From contig JAWCCZ010000001.1 in assembly GCA_038861545.1 (NCBI GenBank), positions 384,001-448,000 of the forward strand: DNA of 64,000 nt, read 5' to 3'. Shown here piece after piece: positions 28,737-38,530 of the stretch (position 1 is its first letter; the number at the start of each line of letters is the position of its first letter). This stretch comes from Thermofilaceae archaeon (GTDB taxonomy: Archaea > Thermoproteota > Thermoprotei > Thermofilales > Thermofilaceae). The position numbers and the translations under genes are program-made. The notes beneath the pieces are model-generated. The model saw nothing but the letters and a program-made list of their open reading frames with translations, had not been told where the DNA came from and made no database searches.

Positions 28737-31562
28737 TTAAGCTGACTTTATGCGCGATTTTTTCCACTCTACGTAATGCAGTAGATCGTCCCGCAGTGAG
28801 GTTAGGAAATCTTTAACGCAAGCTTTGTGATCAACCGTCCACTCTCCGGTCGAGGAGTAGGCTACGGCTTTTACCGTTTCCCCGGGATCCCTTGGCAGGT
28901 AAATACGAGTCAGGTAAACAGCCGCTCTCTCAGACCTAAAGCTAACAACCGCTTCTATCTCGCTCACATGTTGATCTTGCTTTTTCACACGTACGTCCAG
29001 GTATATCGGACCCCAGCCGATTGGAGGAGGCCTGTTGCAAAGCGATTTAACATACTCAGCGAAGAGGTCTTCGTCCCCAGTTATGCGAAGCGGTATACTG
29101 GTCTCAGCCATATCCTCCATCAAATTAACTTCAGCTTTCTTCCTTAGCATTAACCGGCTAGGTACAACCCTTAAAGCCGCTTCTCTAGCCGGGATTAAGC
29201 TACCCACGAGGGAAGGGATTACAGCTACTAAGATACTAGTAACCATAGGACTGAAAACGTGCGGTTTAAGCTGCACAACTTTCGCCGGAATTGATACTTG
29301 GAGGAATTCTCCCAACAGGTAGCCAACAACTCCCCCAAGCACACCGTAGCTTAAACCTTCGACGATAACCATAGCCGAAATCATACCAGGGCTAGCGCCT
29401 AGAGCACTGGCTGTCGAATACTCCCTTCTCCTTTCATGCATGGAGCCCAGCAGCGATACAGCTACGGTTAAGGAAGCTATAGCGACAACCACGGTGAACT
29501 CAGGTATCCCTGCTAACTGCTGGAATTCGCCGACGATTAACATGCATTGGGTTACACTACCGTCCCCTGAGCAGACGCGGTAGGACTCGTAGACATAAGT
29601 TGTCACCTGAGCCCCTCCCACTGCAGACATGTTCCCGCTCCATACGTAGCTCATCCTCACAAGCCTCTCGGCAGCTTCCGGAGGCGGTGTACCGACTAAG
29701 ATAACCCTGTACACTTGAGACCCCTCGGGGGCGAGATCCATATCACCTAGCAGAACGTACCCGCCGACTTCATCTAATTGAACGCCGTCAACCAACTTTG
29801 GGATAGACAACGCGTTAAACACGTCGAGAACGGGAACGGTTTTCCCATTCACTTTGATAATATCTCCCTTGTTGAACCCAAGTCTTCTAGCTAACTCCTC
29901 CGAGACAGCAACCCCCTCAAGATCAGAAGCGTTTGCCGTAACCATTGCCGCGAATAGCTTAGAGCCCCCATATTCCACCACAACCCTGCCTACAGCTACA
30001 GTGTAGAGCCCTTCAACCCAGTCCAGGCTTGCCAGCCATTTAATCTCGGCTTCTGTAAATGGAGTATACTTTTCCTCGATTATGACTTCGTTAGCTTGAT
30101 CCATTCCTCTAAATATAATCCTCTGAATAGTAGCATGACGGCTAAAACTTAACCCTTTGAACTCAGAGGTATGGCTTTCTTCCCTGATTACTGTGTTTGT
30201 CCCTATAGCTAGGAAAGCACTTGCAACCGCTGTAACAACAGCTATGGTTAAAATTGTCAGTATAGATCTTAACTTTCTACTCTTCATGCTTTTAACCGAG
30301 TACCAGAAGAAGTCGCTGACCGCTGTTCCTTTCGCTGAAAGCACAACCATTGATACGACTGCGAGCGATAAAGCAGCCGTGAAAATAGAGAGAGTCATCG
30401 TGGAGGGAGACGCGGCTCTTAACACGTCAGGGTTAAGGAATTGCAAAGCCATTCGAGCGTAGGGTAGAAGTGCCACTTCAAGCACAGTTAAACTAGCAAA
30501 AGCCATTAAACTTGTAGCTCCCTTTCTTCTCTCTACGAGTTGGCCAATTATCGAGGAAAGGAAGAACGTGAAAGTTAATAAAAACAAGAAAGCCGGTACG
30601 CTGTCGCTTTTTATCTGGCTTAGAGTGTCTAGAGCAGAGCCAGCTTTTGAAAGGCTTTTGGCTAAAAGCTCGTTAGCAACTCCGAGCTCCCCGAGTTTCA
30701 AAGCGTCCTCGCTTTGTTTTAAAAGCTCTACAGCGAATTCGAGATCACTAGTATAAGCCCTTGCATCGAAGCCTGCTTTGGATAACAGGTTTTCTTCGTA
30801 AGTTATATGCCTTTCAAGTCCTTCTCGGACGCTTTTAATAGTTAAGTAAGCAAGGCTGACGTTCCCATCATCGCATGAAATACTGCATGTTAACCCCAAC
30901 CCTCTATCGAAATCCCTCCAGGCAATACCGTAGGTTGATACTCTACCCAGTAGCTTGCCTACAGCGGCAGAAGCATCAATCGTTAGTGGTACTTGTATGG
31001 AAGATGAAACCGGAAGCACAAGAGGGTAATAGTAGTAACCCTCCATTTCTACTAATCTTAGACCGTACCGCCATCGGCTTATAGTGGATAGCCCGACACC
31101 TTCGATTGTTTCATTAACATTTATTAGAAGTAAACAAGCTTTCCCCACCTCGATTTCAAGGTTAAAGCCCTCAGCCGTGCTAGCTGGTATCACGTTTAAG
31201 ATAGCCGAAAAAGATCCGAGCCCTGTAAGGGTATACGTGATCTCGTTGCTAGATCTGAAGGTTACCCACTCACCACTCCAGATCGCCTCGTTAACTCCTT
31301 TGGCGCGTAGCGCTACAAAATTACCGTCAAAGCGCACGGCCAAAATGGTGCTACTCCCTACACCATCGATACTGCATAGGCCATTACTCAGCTTACAAGA
31401 GACCTCGTAGCGGTTTCCTTTTTCATCTAGAGTTAGATAAAGAGTAGAGTTCAGAGCCCCCTTTTCACCAGTTACCTTTACTAGGAGAACCTCCGGTGCA
31501 GCGGCTACAATTACGGACGCCCACACAGCTATTATAAATGCCGAAGCGGGTTTACATGCCAT
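28737..31562 (-). CDS. Large MacB/FtsX-like permease-domain membrane protein (third paralogue)
   Basis: KSRKLRSILTILTIAVV and MHERRREYSTASALGASPGMI; same architecture as the 5820 and 14046 genes. Confidence 0.8.
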   Translation of the reverse strand: MACKPASAFIIAVWASVIVAAAPEVLLVKVTGEKGALNSTLYLTLDEKGNRYEVSCKLSNGLCSIDGVGSSTILAVRFDGNFVALRAKGVNEAIWSGEWVTFRSSNEITYTLTGLGSFSAILNVIPASTAEGFNLEIEVGKACLLLINVNETIEGVGLSTISRWRYGLRLVEMEGYYYYPLVLPVSSSIQVPLTIDASAAVGKLLGRVSTYGIAWRDFDRGLGLTCSISCDDGNVSLAYLTIKSVREGLERHITYEENLLSKAGFDARAYTSDLEFAVELLKQSEDALKLGELGVANELLAKSLSKAGSALDTLSQIKSDSVPAFLFLLTFTFFLSSIIGQLVERRKGATSLMAFASLTVLEVALLPYARMALQFLNPDVLRAASPSTMTLSIFTAALSLAVVSMVVLSAKGTAVSDFFWYSVKSMKSRKLRSILTILTIAVVTAVASAFLAIGTNTVIREESHTSEFKGLSFSRHATIQRIIFRGMDQANEVIIEEKYTPFTEAEIKWLASLDWVEGLYTVAVGRVVVEYGGSKLFAAMVTANASDLEGVAVSEELARRLGFNKGDIIKVNGKTVPVLDVFNALSIPKLVDGVQLDEVGGYVLLGDMDLAPEGSQVYRVILVGTPPPEAAERLVRMSYVWSGNMSAVGGAQVTTYVYESYRVCSGDGSVTQCMLIVGEFQQLAGIPEFTVVVAIASLTVAVSLLGSMHERRREYSTASALGASPGMISAMVIVEGLSYGVLGGVVGYLLGEFLQVSIPAKVVQLKPHVFSPMVTSILVAVIPSLVGSLIPAREAALRVVPSRLMLRKKAEVNLMEDMAETSIPLRITGDEDLFAEYVKSLCNRPPPIGWGPIYLDVRVKKQDQHVSEIEAVVSFRSERAAVYLTRIYLPRDPGETVKAVAYSSTGEWTVDHKACVKDFLTSLRDDLLHYVEWKKSRIKSA

Positions 31563-31677
31563 TATAATTCACAAGCCTACTAAGGGGTTCTCAGGTTAAT
31601 AACATTACCCATTCAATTAAATATCTTCTGAACAATGTTACCTTAATACCTTTATGCAGCGGGGTAGAGTGCGCCTG

Positions 31678-32334
31678 TTAATTGCTCCCCCAGTCTTCTC
31701 CGTTGGTTAAGTACAAGTCGCTTAGCCTCGCGATTAGTAACTTCTTAGAACGCGATCGGCTCCTCGTTTTAATACTTACACTAAAGGGCATTTCCAAATC
31801 CTTGGGGGTGTACTCCAAGCAGCCCGTCGTTATGTATCCACCGTTTGCCTCGACGTAGAGTCGCACACATTTACCCTCAACTAAAAAGTACCTTATGCCA
31901 CCATTCGACACCCAAGCCAAAGCCCCCTCCTTTTCGAAAACGCGTGCATTTTCAGTAAAAGGTCCTACGATAGCTTTTAATCCCTCAGACCTGCTAGCTT
32001 CAAGCTTTACAAGCCCGTCACCGTAACGCCATTCATGGATCCTAGCGGATAAGTTTGCAGGACCTGAAAGCCTTAAGCGGACGCCAAACGAATACCTAGT
32101 TTTAGAGGGGTTAAAGTACCTAGGATACGAATTCGATTTCCAAATTAGACGGAGATCCTGTATATCGTCAGGCCATCGAGGCCAGCAATCAGTAACAGCC
32201 AAGCCATCTCGTAATTCAATGATTAGCTCCGTTCCTCTAAACGGTTTAGTAGAAGTAAGGTAAATTATCGCACTTCGGAATACCCTTTCCTCTGCATCAA
32301 CTTCAACTACAACCTTAACCTTCATCACAGTCAA
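31678..32334 (-). CDS. Hypothetical protein (beta-rich)
   Basis: 218-aa ORF filling the gap with no competing ORF; no family recognised. Confidence 0.6.
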   Translation of the reverse strand: MTVMKVKVVVEVDAEERVFRSAIIYLTSTKPFRGTELIIELRDGLAVTDCWPRWPDDIQDLRLIWKSNSYPRYFNPSKTRYSFGVRLRLSGPANLSARIHEWRYGDGLVKLEASRSEGLKAIVGPFTENARVFEKEGALAWVSNGGIRYFLVEGKCVRLYVEANGGYITTGCLEYTPKDLEMPFSVSIKTRSRSRSKKLLIARLSDLYLTNGEDWGSN

Positions 32335-32633
32335 ATGAATCTGGCAACGCCACGTTATATACGCTCCTTCCTAGGCTAGCGTATTCGGTTAGGAACTCTA
32401 AAGGCTCACCCAGTAGATTCACTCAAAATTAATCTCCATTAAACATTCCCCATACAATTAGCGAAGAAAATTAAAAATGACAATTACGCTGAGCACTGAC
32501 CTGTGCGTTACGTGATCCTACATAGCTTGGAGTTCCTGTTACTGCATTGAAAGTGAATCTTACGAATCTACCCTGTAGATTAAAATCCATGTAGTGGCGA
32601 GTTGTTTCCCGTAAGGTTTTATAACAATCCCGG

Positions 32634-33104
32634 TTGTTGAGTTACATGGCTCCATCAAGCTGCGAAATAGGGAAGAACCCAACTGGGCTTAGAGAAGAAC
32701 TCCTTAAAGCATTCATAGAAGCTCTTGCCGATCTCAAGACAATTACAATAGGTTTAGCGAAGATCACTTGGGAGAAGGCTGCAGAGGTTGTAATAGCCGA
32801 TTTGGGTATACCGCGTCTACCGGATCCAGCTGAAGGGCTTAAGAACTTTATTTCCAGCTTCGGGGAATCCGTCGAAGTCGAAACCGGCGAAGAAGTGGAG
32901 GTCGTAGTTAAATCCCCTTGCTTTTTCTCGCTAAAAAACTGTGCAGAGCTGTGTCCTCTACCACACGTGTCTGCCGTTTACCTGAAAACCCTTTCCTCCG
33001 AGGAATGGGTACCTAGGCGCGCAGGTAAGGCTTTCGTGGAAATGGTTCAAGGTGGCTGTAAATTCAGACTTGTTAAAATCGGCTCAAGTTTTTCTCGCGA
33101 ATAG
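32634..33104 (+). CDS. Hypothetical protein, V4R/HNOX-associated-like Cys pattern
   Basis: VEVVVKSPCFF..CAELCPLP..GGCKFRL. TTTTATAA box at about 32617-32624, so the start may be ATG 32646. Confidence 0.6.
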   Translation: MLSYMAPSSCEIGKNPTGLREELLKAFIEALADLKTITIGLAKITWEKAAEVVIADLGIPRLPDPAEGLKNFISSFGESVEVETGEEVEVVVKSPCFFSLKNCAELCPLPHVSAVYLKTLSSEEWVPRRAGKAFVEMVQGGCKFRLVKIGSSFSRE

Positions 33105-33181
33105 TTGATTGCTAAACGCCTGTAGAGCAAGCCTATTCCCTGATGAGCAAACTTATTGGGAAGCTGGTCGTAGTAGCCTTG

Positions 33182-33976
33182 ATGAAAGTATTCGTCATGA
33201 CCGATCTAGAGGGGGCTACAGGAGTTGCAGGAACATGGGAGGATTTTAACCCTGGAGGACGCCTTCACGAAGAGGCTAGGCGAATGTTAACGAGGGACGT
33301 TAATGCGGCTGTTGAGGGCGCGTTCAGAGGAGGAGCAGATGAAGTAGTGGTGCTGGATGGCCATGGAGCAGCTTTCAGCATATTGCTTGAGGACTTAAAC
33401 CCTGAGGCTAAACTTATCAGGGGTAGAAGGGTTTTAGAAATGGAGGGACTTGACGAAAGCTTTGACGCGGTCCTAGCTGTGGGGGCTCACGCTATGGCTG
33501 GTACCCCATTCGCTCTTCTCTGTCATACTCTCTCGCATACAGCAATTCAAGAAATAAAGGTTAACGGGTTACTCGTTGGTGAAGTAGGTTTATGGGCTTT
33601 AATAGCCGGATATTACGGCGTACCTTTTGCGATGGTTGCAGGGGATGCTACGGCGGTCGAGGAGGCTAAGAGATTAGTGAAACGGGTTGAAGGGGTCGCT
33701 GTTAAAAGAGCTACAAGCATGTACGCTGCTGAATGCTTGCACCCATCTATTACATATAAGATGATTGCAGGGTCTGCTGAGAATGCTTTGAAAAAATGCT
33801 CTAAGAATGAGCTAAAACCCTATACTTTAGAGGGGGAAGTGTTAATGGAGGTTACATACATTCTTCCCTCCACAGCTGAGAGAGTAGCTACACGGTTTGG
33901 GGTGCAAAAGCTGGATGGAAAAACCGTAGCGTACAAGGGAAATAACATTTTAGAGTGTTTAGGCATGCTGCTATGA
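33182..33976 (+). CDS. D-aminopeptidase, peptidase family M55
   Basis: MKVFVMTDLEGATGV, VVVLDGHG, VGAHAMAG..LCHT, GEVGL, VAGD. Confidence 0.95.
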   Translation: MKVFVMTDLEGATGVAGTWEDFNPGGRLHEEARRMLTRDVNAAVEGAFRGGADEVVVLDGHGAAFSILLEDLNPEAKLIRGRRVLEMEGLDESFDAVLAVGAHAMAGTPFALLCHTLSHTAIQEIKVNGLLVGEVGLWALIAGYYGVPFAMVAGDATAVEEAKRLVKRVEGVAVKRATSMYAAECLHPSITYKMIAGSAENALKKCSKNELKPYTLEGEVLMEVTYILPSTAERVATRFGVQKLDGKTVAYKGNNILECLGMLL

Positions 33977-34377
33977 ATCAAATTGAAAGTATCTGGAAGT
34001 CTCGAAGCTACTGTCTGAGCTGCAGCCTTTGCTGTAAGAATACAGAGATGGTGCTAACTCCTAGCGATATTGAAAGGATTGGAGAACACGGCTTTAAGAA
34101 GGAAGACTTTATTGAGATCGTGGATGGCTTTTTCAAGCTGAAGAATGTTGAAGGGCACTGTGTTTTCCTTAGAGAGGGTCGCTGTATGATCTACAGTTAC
34201 CGGCCAATCGGGTGCTCGCTTTACCCAATAGTGATAGAAGTGGATACTGGCGACATCACCCTTGATTACGAGTGTCCACTAGCAGCGACAACAACTCTCG
34301 AGGAGTTTAGTAAGGCGCGTAGATTCGCGCAGCTTATACTAGAAGAGCTCTCGCTTGCAAGGAATTATCGCAAATGA
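33973..34377 (+). CDS. YkgJ-family CxxCxxCC cysteine-cluster protein
   Basis: CLSCSLCC, CVFL..GRCMIYSYRPIGCSLYP; ATGA overlap with the upstream stop. Confidence 0.9.
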   Translation: MNQIESIWKSRSYCLSCSLCCKNTEMVLTPSDIERIGEHGFKKEDFIEIVDGFFKLKNVEGHCVFLREGRCMIYSYRPIGCSLYPIVIEVDTGDITLDYECPLAATTTLEEFSKARRFAQLILEELSLARNYRK

Positions 34378-34383
34378 TGAGCT

Positions 34384-34593
34384 CTATATGGTTTTCTTTT
34401 CTCCCTTATAACGAGTCCTTTGTAACATTCGCCAGCGCGTTACCGCGATCAGTAAAGCAGTTGCTACAGCAGCAGCAAAGGCCATGAGCGCAAATCTAAA
34501 GGACCAGCTTTCTAAGTCTACGGGGATTGTATCCAATTTAGCTAGTAGCTGAGCCCAGTCACTGATTACAGCTAGGAACCTTGCTCTTCTCAT
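34384..34593 (-). CDS. Small single-pass membrane protein
   Basis: 69 aa, one hydrophobic helix followed by a basic tail; directly downstream of ribK. Confidence 0.45.
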   Translation of the reverse strand: MRRARFLAVISDWAQLLAKLDTIPVDLESWSFRFALMAFAAAVATALLIAVTRWRMLQRTRYKGEKKTI

Positions 34594-34600
34594 CGAGGGG

Positions 34601-35293
34601 TTATTTATGCGCCCTTGAAAAATCTGAGCTTAGTAGGACTTCAACCCTTACAATATCCCCATCCTTCAATGCTAGCATTTCTCTAAGGCATACTTTAGAT
34701 ACTAGTTCTAGAACATCAGGTCCGTAAACTGTCTTATCCGGTATGACAATGCCCGCCTCTATCGACCTATTTATAATAGCTCTGAATACCTTCGCCCCGC
34801 AGAAGTTTCTATCTTCTCTCGAGATAGGTGGTATCCTTAAGCAGTCATAGCTTTCAAGCAGCTTTCTCTTAGTAATGGATTCTGGATCGAGCCTCAGGTT
34901 TAGCGTACCCGGGTATGGCTCGAAACCAAGTAATCGACGAAACCAATCCTTGTACTCGTCCAGCGAGGTGTATAGTTCTCCCTCACCTAAACCGCTGAAG
35001 ACTTTACCGTTAAGTATCAAGCGTCTTACGCCTTTGATACACGAAGAGAGAATGCCTAAAAGGGAGCTTAATTCACCTATAGCCTTAGGTGTCAACACAT
35101 AACGTCCTCTTTTACTTTTCGGTGTTACTTCAACGTAACCTAGCTCAATGCTTTCCCGTAACCATTTATTTAACGTCCAAGCAGAGATTTCTAAGTTAGA
35201 AGCAATAAGGGTTTTTTCAATCTTAACGGGAGAACGGGCACAACCCTGCTTAGCTAGCTCGAGTAACAATGCAAGCAACTCGTAGCGCTTCAT
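34601..35293 (-). CDS. ribK: CTP-dependent riboflavin kinase with N-terminal wHTH
   Basis: GKVFSGLGEG, LGFEPYPGTLNL, LELVS..LREMLALKDGD. Confidence 0.93.
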   Translation of the reverse strand: MKRYELLALLLELAKQGCARSPVKIEKTLIASNLEISAWTLNKWLRESIELGYVEVTPKSKRGRYVLTPKAIGELSSLLGILSSCIKGVRRLILNGKVFSGLGEGELYTSLDEYKDWFRRLLGFEPYPGTLNLRLDPESITKRKLLESYDCLRIPPISREDRNFCGAKVFRAIINRSIEAGIVIPDKTVYGPDVLELVSKVCLREMLALKDGDIVRVEVLLSSDFSRAHK

Positions 35294-35436
35294 AATGCGT
35301 TAAATTGTTCAGCTTCACATAAATAAATTTGCCTTGAGGCTTTAACTCCCTTTTTAATAAACAGAGCTTGAATTTTCGTGGAAAGGTAAATAACGTTAAG
35401 ACGATAACGCTAAATGCTTTCGATTAAAGTCTTTGT

Positions 35437-35979
35437 ATGGAGGCTTCAATTATTCGCTTAAAGCCAGTGAACGTTGAAGGATGGTTAGTCATGGAGTTAC
35501 AAAATTATCTTAAAAACTCATTTAGCGTGAAAGTTACTATCGAAAGAGACGTTAGCATAAGCAGTTTGCAGGCGTATTACGATGAAGAAAGAGGTCAGAT
35601 ACGAGCTGATCTCCTCCTAGAAGATCTTTCAAAATACACACAACCTATATCACTAGTGATAATCGACGCCGACGCGTACGTGCCAAGGCTTAACTTCATT
35701 TTCGGCATAGCTAAGCCAGAATGGGGTGGCGCTGTCTTTCTGGCAAGGCTTAGACCTGAGTATTACGATGTACCATCTGATAAAGAACTACTTCTCTCTC
35801 GCTTCATCAAAGAATCGATCCATGAGCTTGGGCATGCTTTCGGCCTTGATCACTGCAGAAATGTGAGCTGCGTAATGAGGTTCAGCAACTCTATCTACGA
35901 AGTTGATGCGAAAACTCATCGCTTCTGTGTCCAGTGCAGCCGACGGTTACAAATCTTTCATCCGGGGCTTTTACGGTAG
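35437..35979 (+). CDS. amzA: Archaemetzincin (peptidase M54)
   Basis: LNFIFGIA and KESIHELGHAFGLDHC..CVMRFSNS..EVD.K..FC..C. Confidence 0.93.
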   Translation: MEASIIRLKPVNVEGWLVMELQNYLKNSFSVKVTIERDVSISSLQAYYDEERGQIRADLLLEDLSKYTQPISLVIIDADAYVPRLNFIFGIAKPEWGGAVFLARLRPEYYDVPSDKELLLSRFIKESIHELGHAFGLDHCRNVSCVMRFSNSIYEVDAKTHRFCVQCSRRLQIFHPGLLR

Positions 35980-36750
35980 CTTGAGTGTTTCCCTAAACTT
36001 TTCCCTAGCCCTTCTCCGCCCTAGCACAAACATATATGAGGTGAAAACCGAGGATGCAGCTACGGCGGCACAAATATAGCTGAAGCCAGTAATTCCTTTC
36101 GATGAAAAAGTTAAGTAAAAGGGTAGCAGGACTGTAAGGAGGGCGGCTGTTACCGCGAGCAACAGAGCGAGAATGCTTTCAGCTATTAACCAGCCCATTA
36201 AGCTGGGCCTTGAGTTTAAAGAGAAGCCGGTTCCCACATCGACTATTAACGCTGTTTTTGGAGCTCCAATAGTAACTGCTACAAAGATAAGGTCCCCAAT
36301 ACTGCCTAAAATGTTCCAGAAAAACATACCTGCTACTAAGAGCTGGAGTGAATTTCCGCTCAGCAAACTGAGAATAGCTAAGAGAGGGGTAAGGAAAACT
36401 AATGGAGCCAAAGCGATTAGGCGCCATTTACCCAGCGGTATGGGCTCCGGTGACCTGAAGCCTAAACCCACGGCTAGCAGCTTTTTCTCAGTATAGAAAA
36501 ACACACTCACCTTCCCGGACCCGGCTATTTTAGCGGTTACCACGTGAAACAACTCATGTGCAGGAATTAAAGGGATCGCTGAGAGAATAAGCAGTAAAAC
36601 CCCCTGCTGCGAGAGGACATTCTCCGCCAACGCTGTAACTAAGTGTAGCGCGAGTGGTATTAGCAAGAGAGTTAACGCCAATATATACTCCGATATCTCC
36701 TTGATGTTAACTTTATACGAGATTTGGTCGTAGTTGCTTCCCAAATTCAC
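35971..36750 (-). CDS. DUF3267 / zincin-like membrane metalloprotease
   Basis: HELFH in a TM context, IALAP, NILGSIGDL. Confidence 0.75.
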   Translation of the reverse strand: MNLGSNYDQISYKVNIKEISEYILALTLLLIPLALHLVTALAENVLSQQGVLLLILSAIPLIPAHELFHVVTAKIAGSGKVSVFFYTEKKLLAVGLGFRSPEPIPLGKWRLIALAPLVFLTPLLAILSLLSGNSLQLLVAGMFFWNILGSIGDLIFVAVTIGAPKTALIVDVGTGFSLNSRPSLMGWLIAESILALLLAVTAALLTVLLPFYLTFSSKGITGFSYICAAVAASSVFTSYMFVLGRRRAREKFRETLKLP

Positions 36751-36776
36751 GATCAGATAGCTAAAAATATCTTGAA

Positions 36777-37676
36777 GTGTTTTTCGCCCCCATCCCTGTG
36801 GAAAGCATAGCTAATGCACTCATAAAGCTTTACCTCCCAGCCGCTCTCGGGATATTTTTTTCTCGAGCAGCTAAGCCTGGTGAAGAGTTCTTCCGCTTAC
36901 TCTCTAAAGCGTTGCTGTACTCCTTCCTTCCCCTGCTACTATTTACATCGATTTACGGTGCTAACCCGCTCGAGCTCGCTGCAGGTTTCACTCAAATAAC
37001 TGTTGCAGTAGCAGTAAATGTTGTAACTTCTGCAACTTTCTCCTACATTTTGACAAGGGATTTGGAGATCGTACAGCTTTCAGTCTACGTGAACGCCGGT
37101 TATCTTCCAATACCGATAGCTTATACGCTGTGGGGTTCCTCGGCTCTACCTCTTGTCGGTTTCTACATACTTTTCAATGCTTCGCTGGGCTACTTGCTAG
37201 CTCCTGTACTCATTAAAGGTGATCTTCAATCCGGATTAAAAGAAATGGTCAAGTTTCCCCCACTCTATGCGATTCTAGCCGGTCTACTTGTGTCGCTGAT
37301 GGGTGTAGAATTTCCGAGCTTCATAGAAGAAGCGGTAAAAGATGTTAGTAATGTGACACCCTACCTGGCCCTTTTTACATTAGGTGCTCAAGTTTCGCAT
37401 GCTGGTTTCAAAGTTGACGGTAAAACGGCAAAGTTGGCCTTGGTGAGGTTCTTTATAGCCCCGCTAGTAGTCTGGCTGTCAGCTCCTCTTTACCTAATAC
37501 CCTCTAACCTATCTTACAAGGTCGCGCTGCTGGAGTCTTGCATGCCTCCAGCGGTCACGAATGTAGTTCTCTCCAGCGTTTACTCCACCGAGCCCGGGAA
37601 AACTGTTAGAACTGTTTTCTCGCTTACTCTAATGTCTATGCTGATTGTACCGGCAGTTATGGTTTTGCTAAGTTAA
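36777..37676 (+). CDS. AEC (auxin efflux carrier) family transporter
   Basis: LPLLLF, NAGYLPIPI, PPLYAI, LALFTLG, RFFIAP, MPPAV. Confidence 0.92.
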   Translation: MFFAPIPVESIANALIKLYLPAALGIFFSRAAKPGEEFFRLLSKALLYSFLPLLLFTSIYGANPLELAAGFTQITVAVAVNVVTSATFSYILTRDLEIVQLSVYVNAGYLPIPIAYTLWGSSALPLVGFYILFNASLGYLLAPVLIKGDLQSGLKEMVKFPPLYAILAGLLVSLMGVEFPSFIEEAVKDVSNVTPYLALFTLGAQVSHAGFKVDGKTAKLALVRFFIAPLVVWLSAPLYLIPSNLSYKVALLESCMPPAVTNVVLSSVYSTEPGKTVRTVFSLTLMSMLIVPAVMVLLS

Positions 37677-37718
37677 CATCAGCGCTACTTTTAACTTTAC
37701 CCTACGCTAGCCGAGTAT

Positions 37719-38519
37719 GTGGGTCTAGCACCGGGATCCAAGGCGATTGTAATTTCCGTGGGTAACGAGCTTTTGATCGGCAAGGTTGTTAACACTAATT
37801 TCAGTTGGCTGGGCTCTAAGTTAACCGAGCTAGGTTTTAGAGTGGATAGGGGAATAGTTGTTCCGGACGACTTGGAAGTAATATCTTGGGCTTTTAGAAC
37901 TGCGGTTGACGCCGGCGCCAAGGTCGTGATCGCGACCGGGGGTCTTGGACCGACTTTCGATGATATGACGTCTGAAGGGTTAGCAAGGGCCATGGGTGTA
38001 GAGATGGAATTGAATGACGATGCGTTGGAAATGATCAGAAGGAAGTACGGAGGTGAGCTCACTGAGAGTAGGACAAAGATGGCTAAGATGCCTAGAGGTG
38101 CGAAGCCGATCGCGAACCCAGTAGGTACGGCACCCGGAGTTGAAGTTGAGTGGCGTGGGTCTATGTTTTTCCTCCTTCCCGGGGTTCCGTCAGAAATGAT
38201 GGCTATGTTTGAAGAAAATATTAAACCAAAGCTTATCCAGCGGGTACGGACTTTAAAGAGAGCCGAGTCTCTTCTCCGCTCCATTGGCTTACCCGAGTCT
38301 CTAGCTGCACCGGTCGTGGAGAATGCTGCGAAAATAGGGGAGTATACGTATGTAAAGAGCCACCCTAAGGGCTCGGAGACGGGTAAGCCCATTCTAGAAC
38401 TACATGTAACGGCGTATGGGGTTAGCGAAGAGGAAGCTTTAAACAAGCTTGAAGAAGTTATAAACTATCTATTTAGGGAACTAAGCAGTAGGGGGGCTCA
38501 AGTTTATAGAATCGGCTAG
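37719..38519 (+). CDS. CinA-like molybdopterin-binding domain protein
   Basis: VGNELLIGKVVNTN, TGGLGPTFDDMT, NPVGTAPG, LPGVPSEM; lacks the C-terminal PncC domain. Confidence 0.92.
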   Translation: MGLAPGSKAIVISVGNELLIGKVVNTNFSWLGSKLTELGFRVDRGIVVPDDLEVISWAFRTAVDAGAKVVIATGGLGPTFDDMTSEGLARAMGVEMELNDDALEMIRRKYGGELTESRTKMAKMPRGAKPIANPVGTAPGVEVEWRGSMFFLLPGVPSEMMAMFEENIKPKLIQRVRTLKRAESLLRSIGLPESLAAPVVENAAKIGEYTYVKSHPKGSETGKPILELHVTAYGVSEEEALNKLEEVINYLFRELSSRGAQVYRIG

Positions 38520-38530
38520 CGGTAAGGGGT

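Noticed and set aside
37697-38446. 249-aa antisense ORF
   Set aside because: It is the shadow of the well-supported CinA-like gene and has a Ser/Pro-rich, non-protein-like composition. The same applies to the many other short antisense ORFs in the track.
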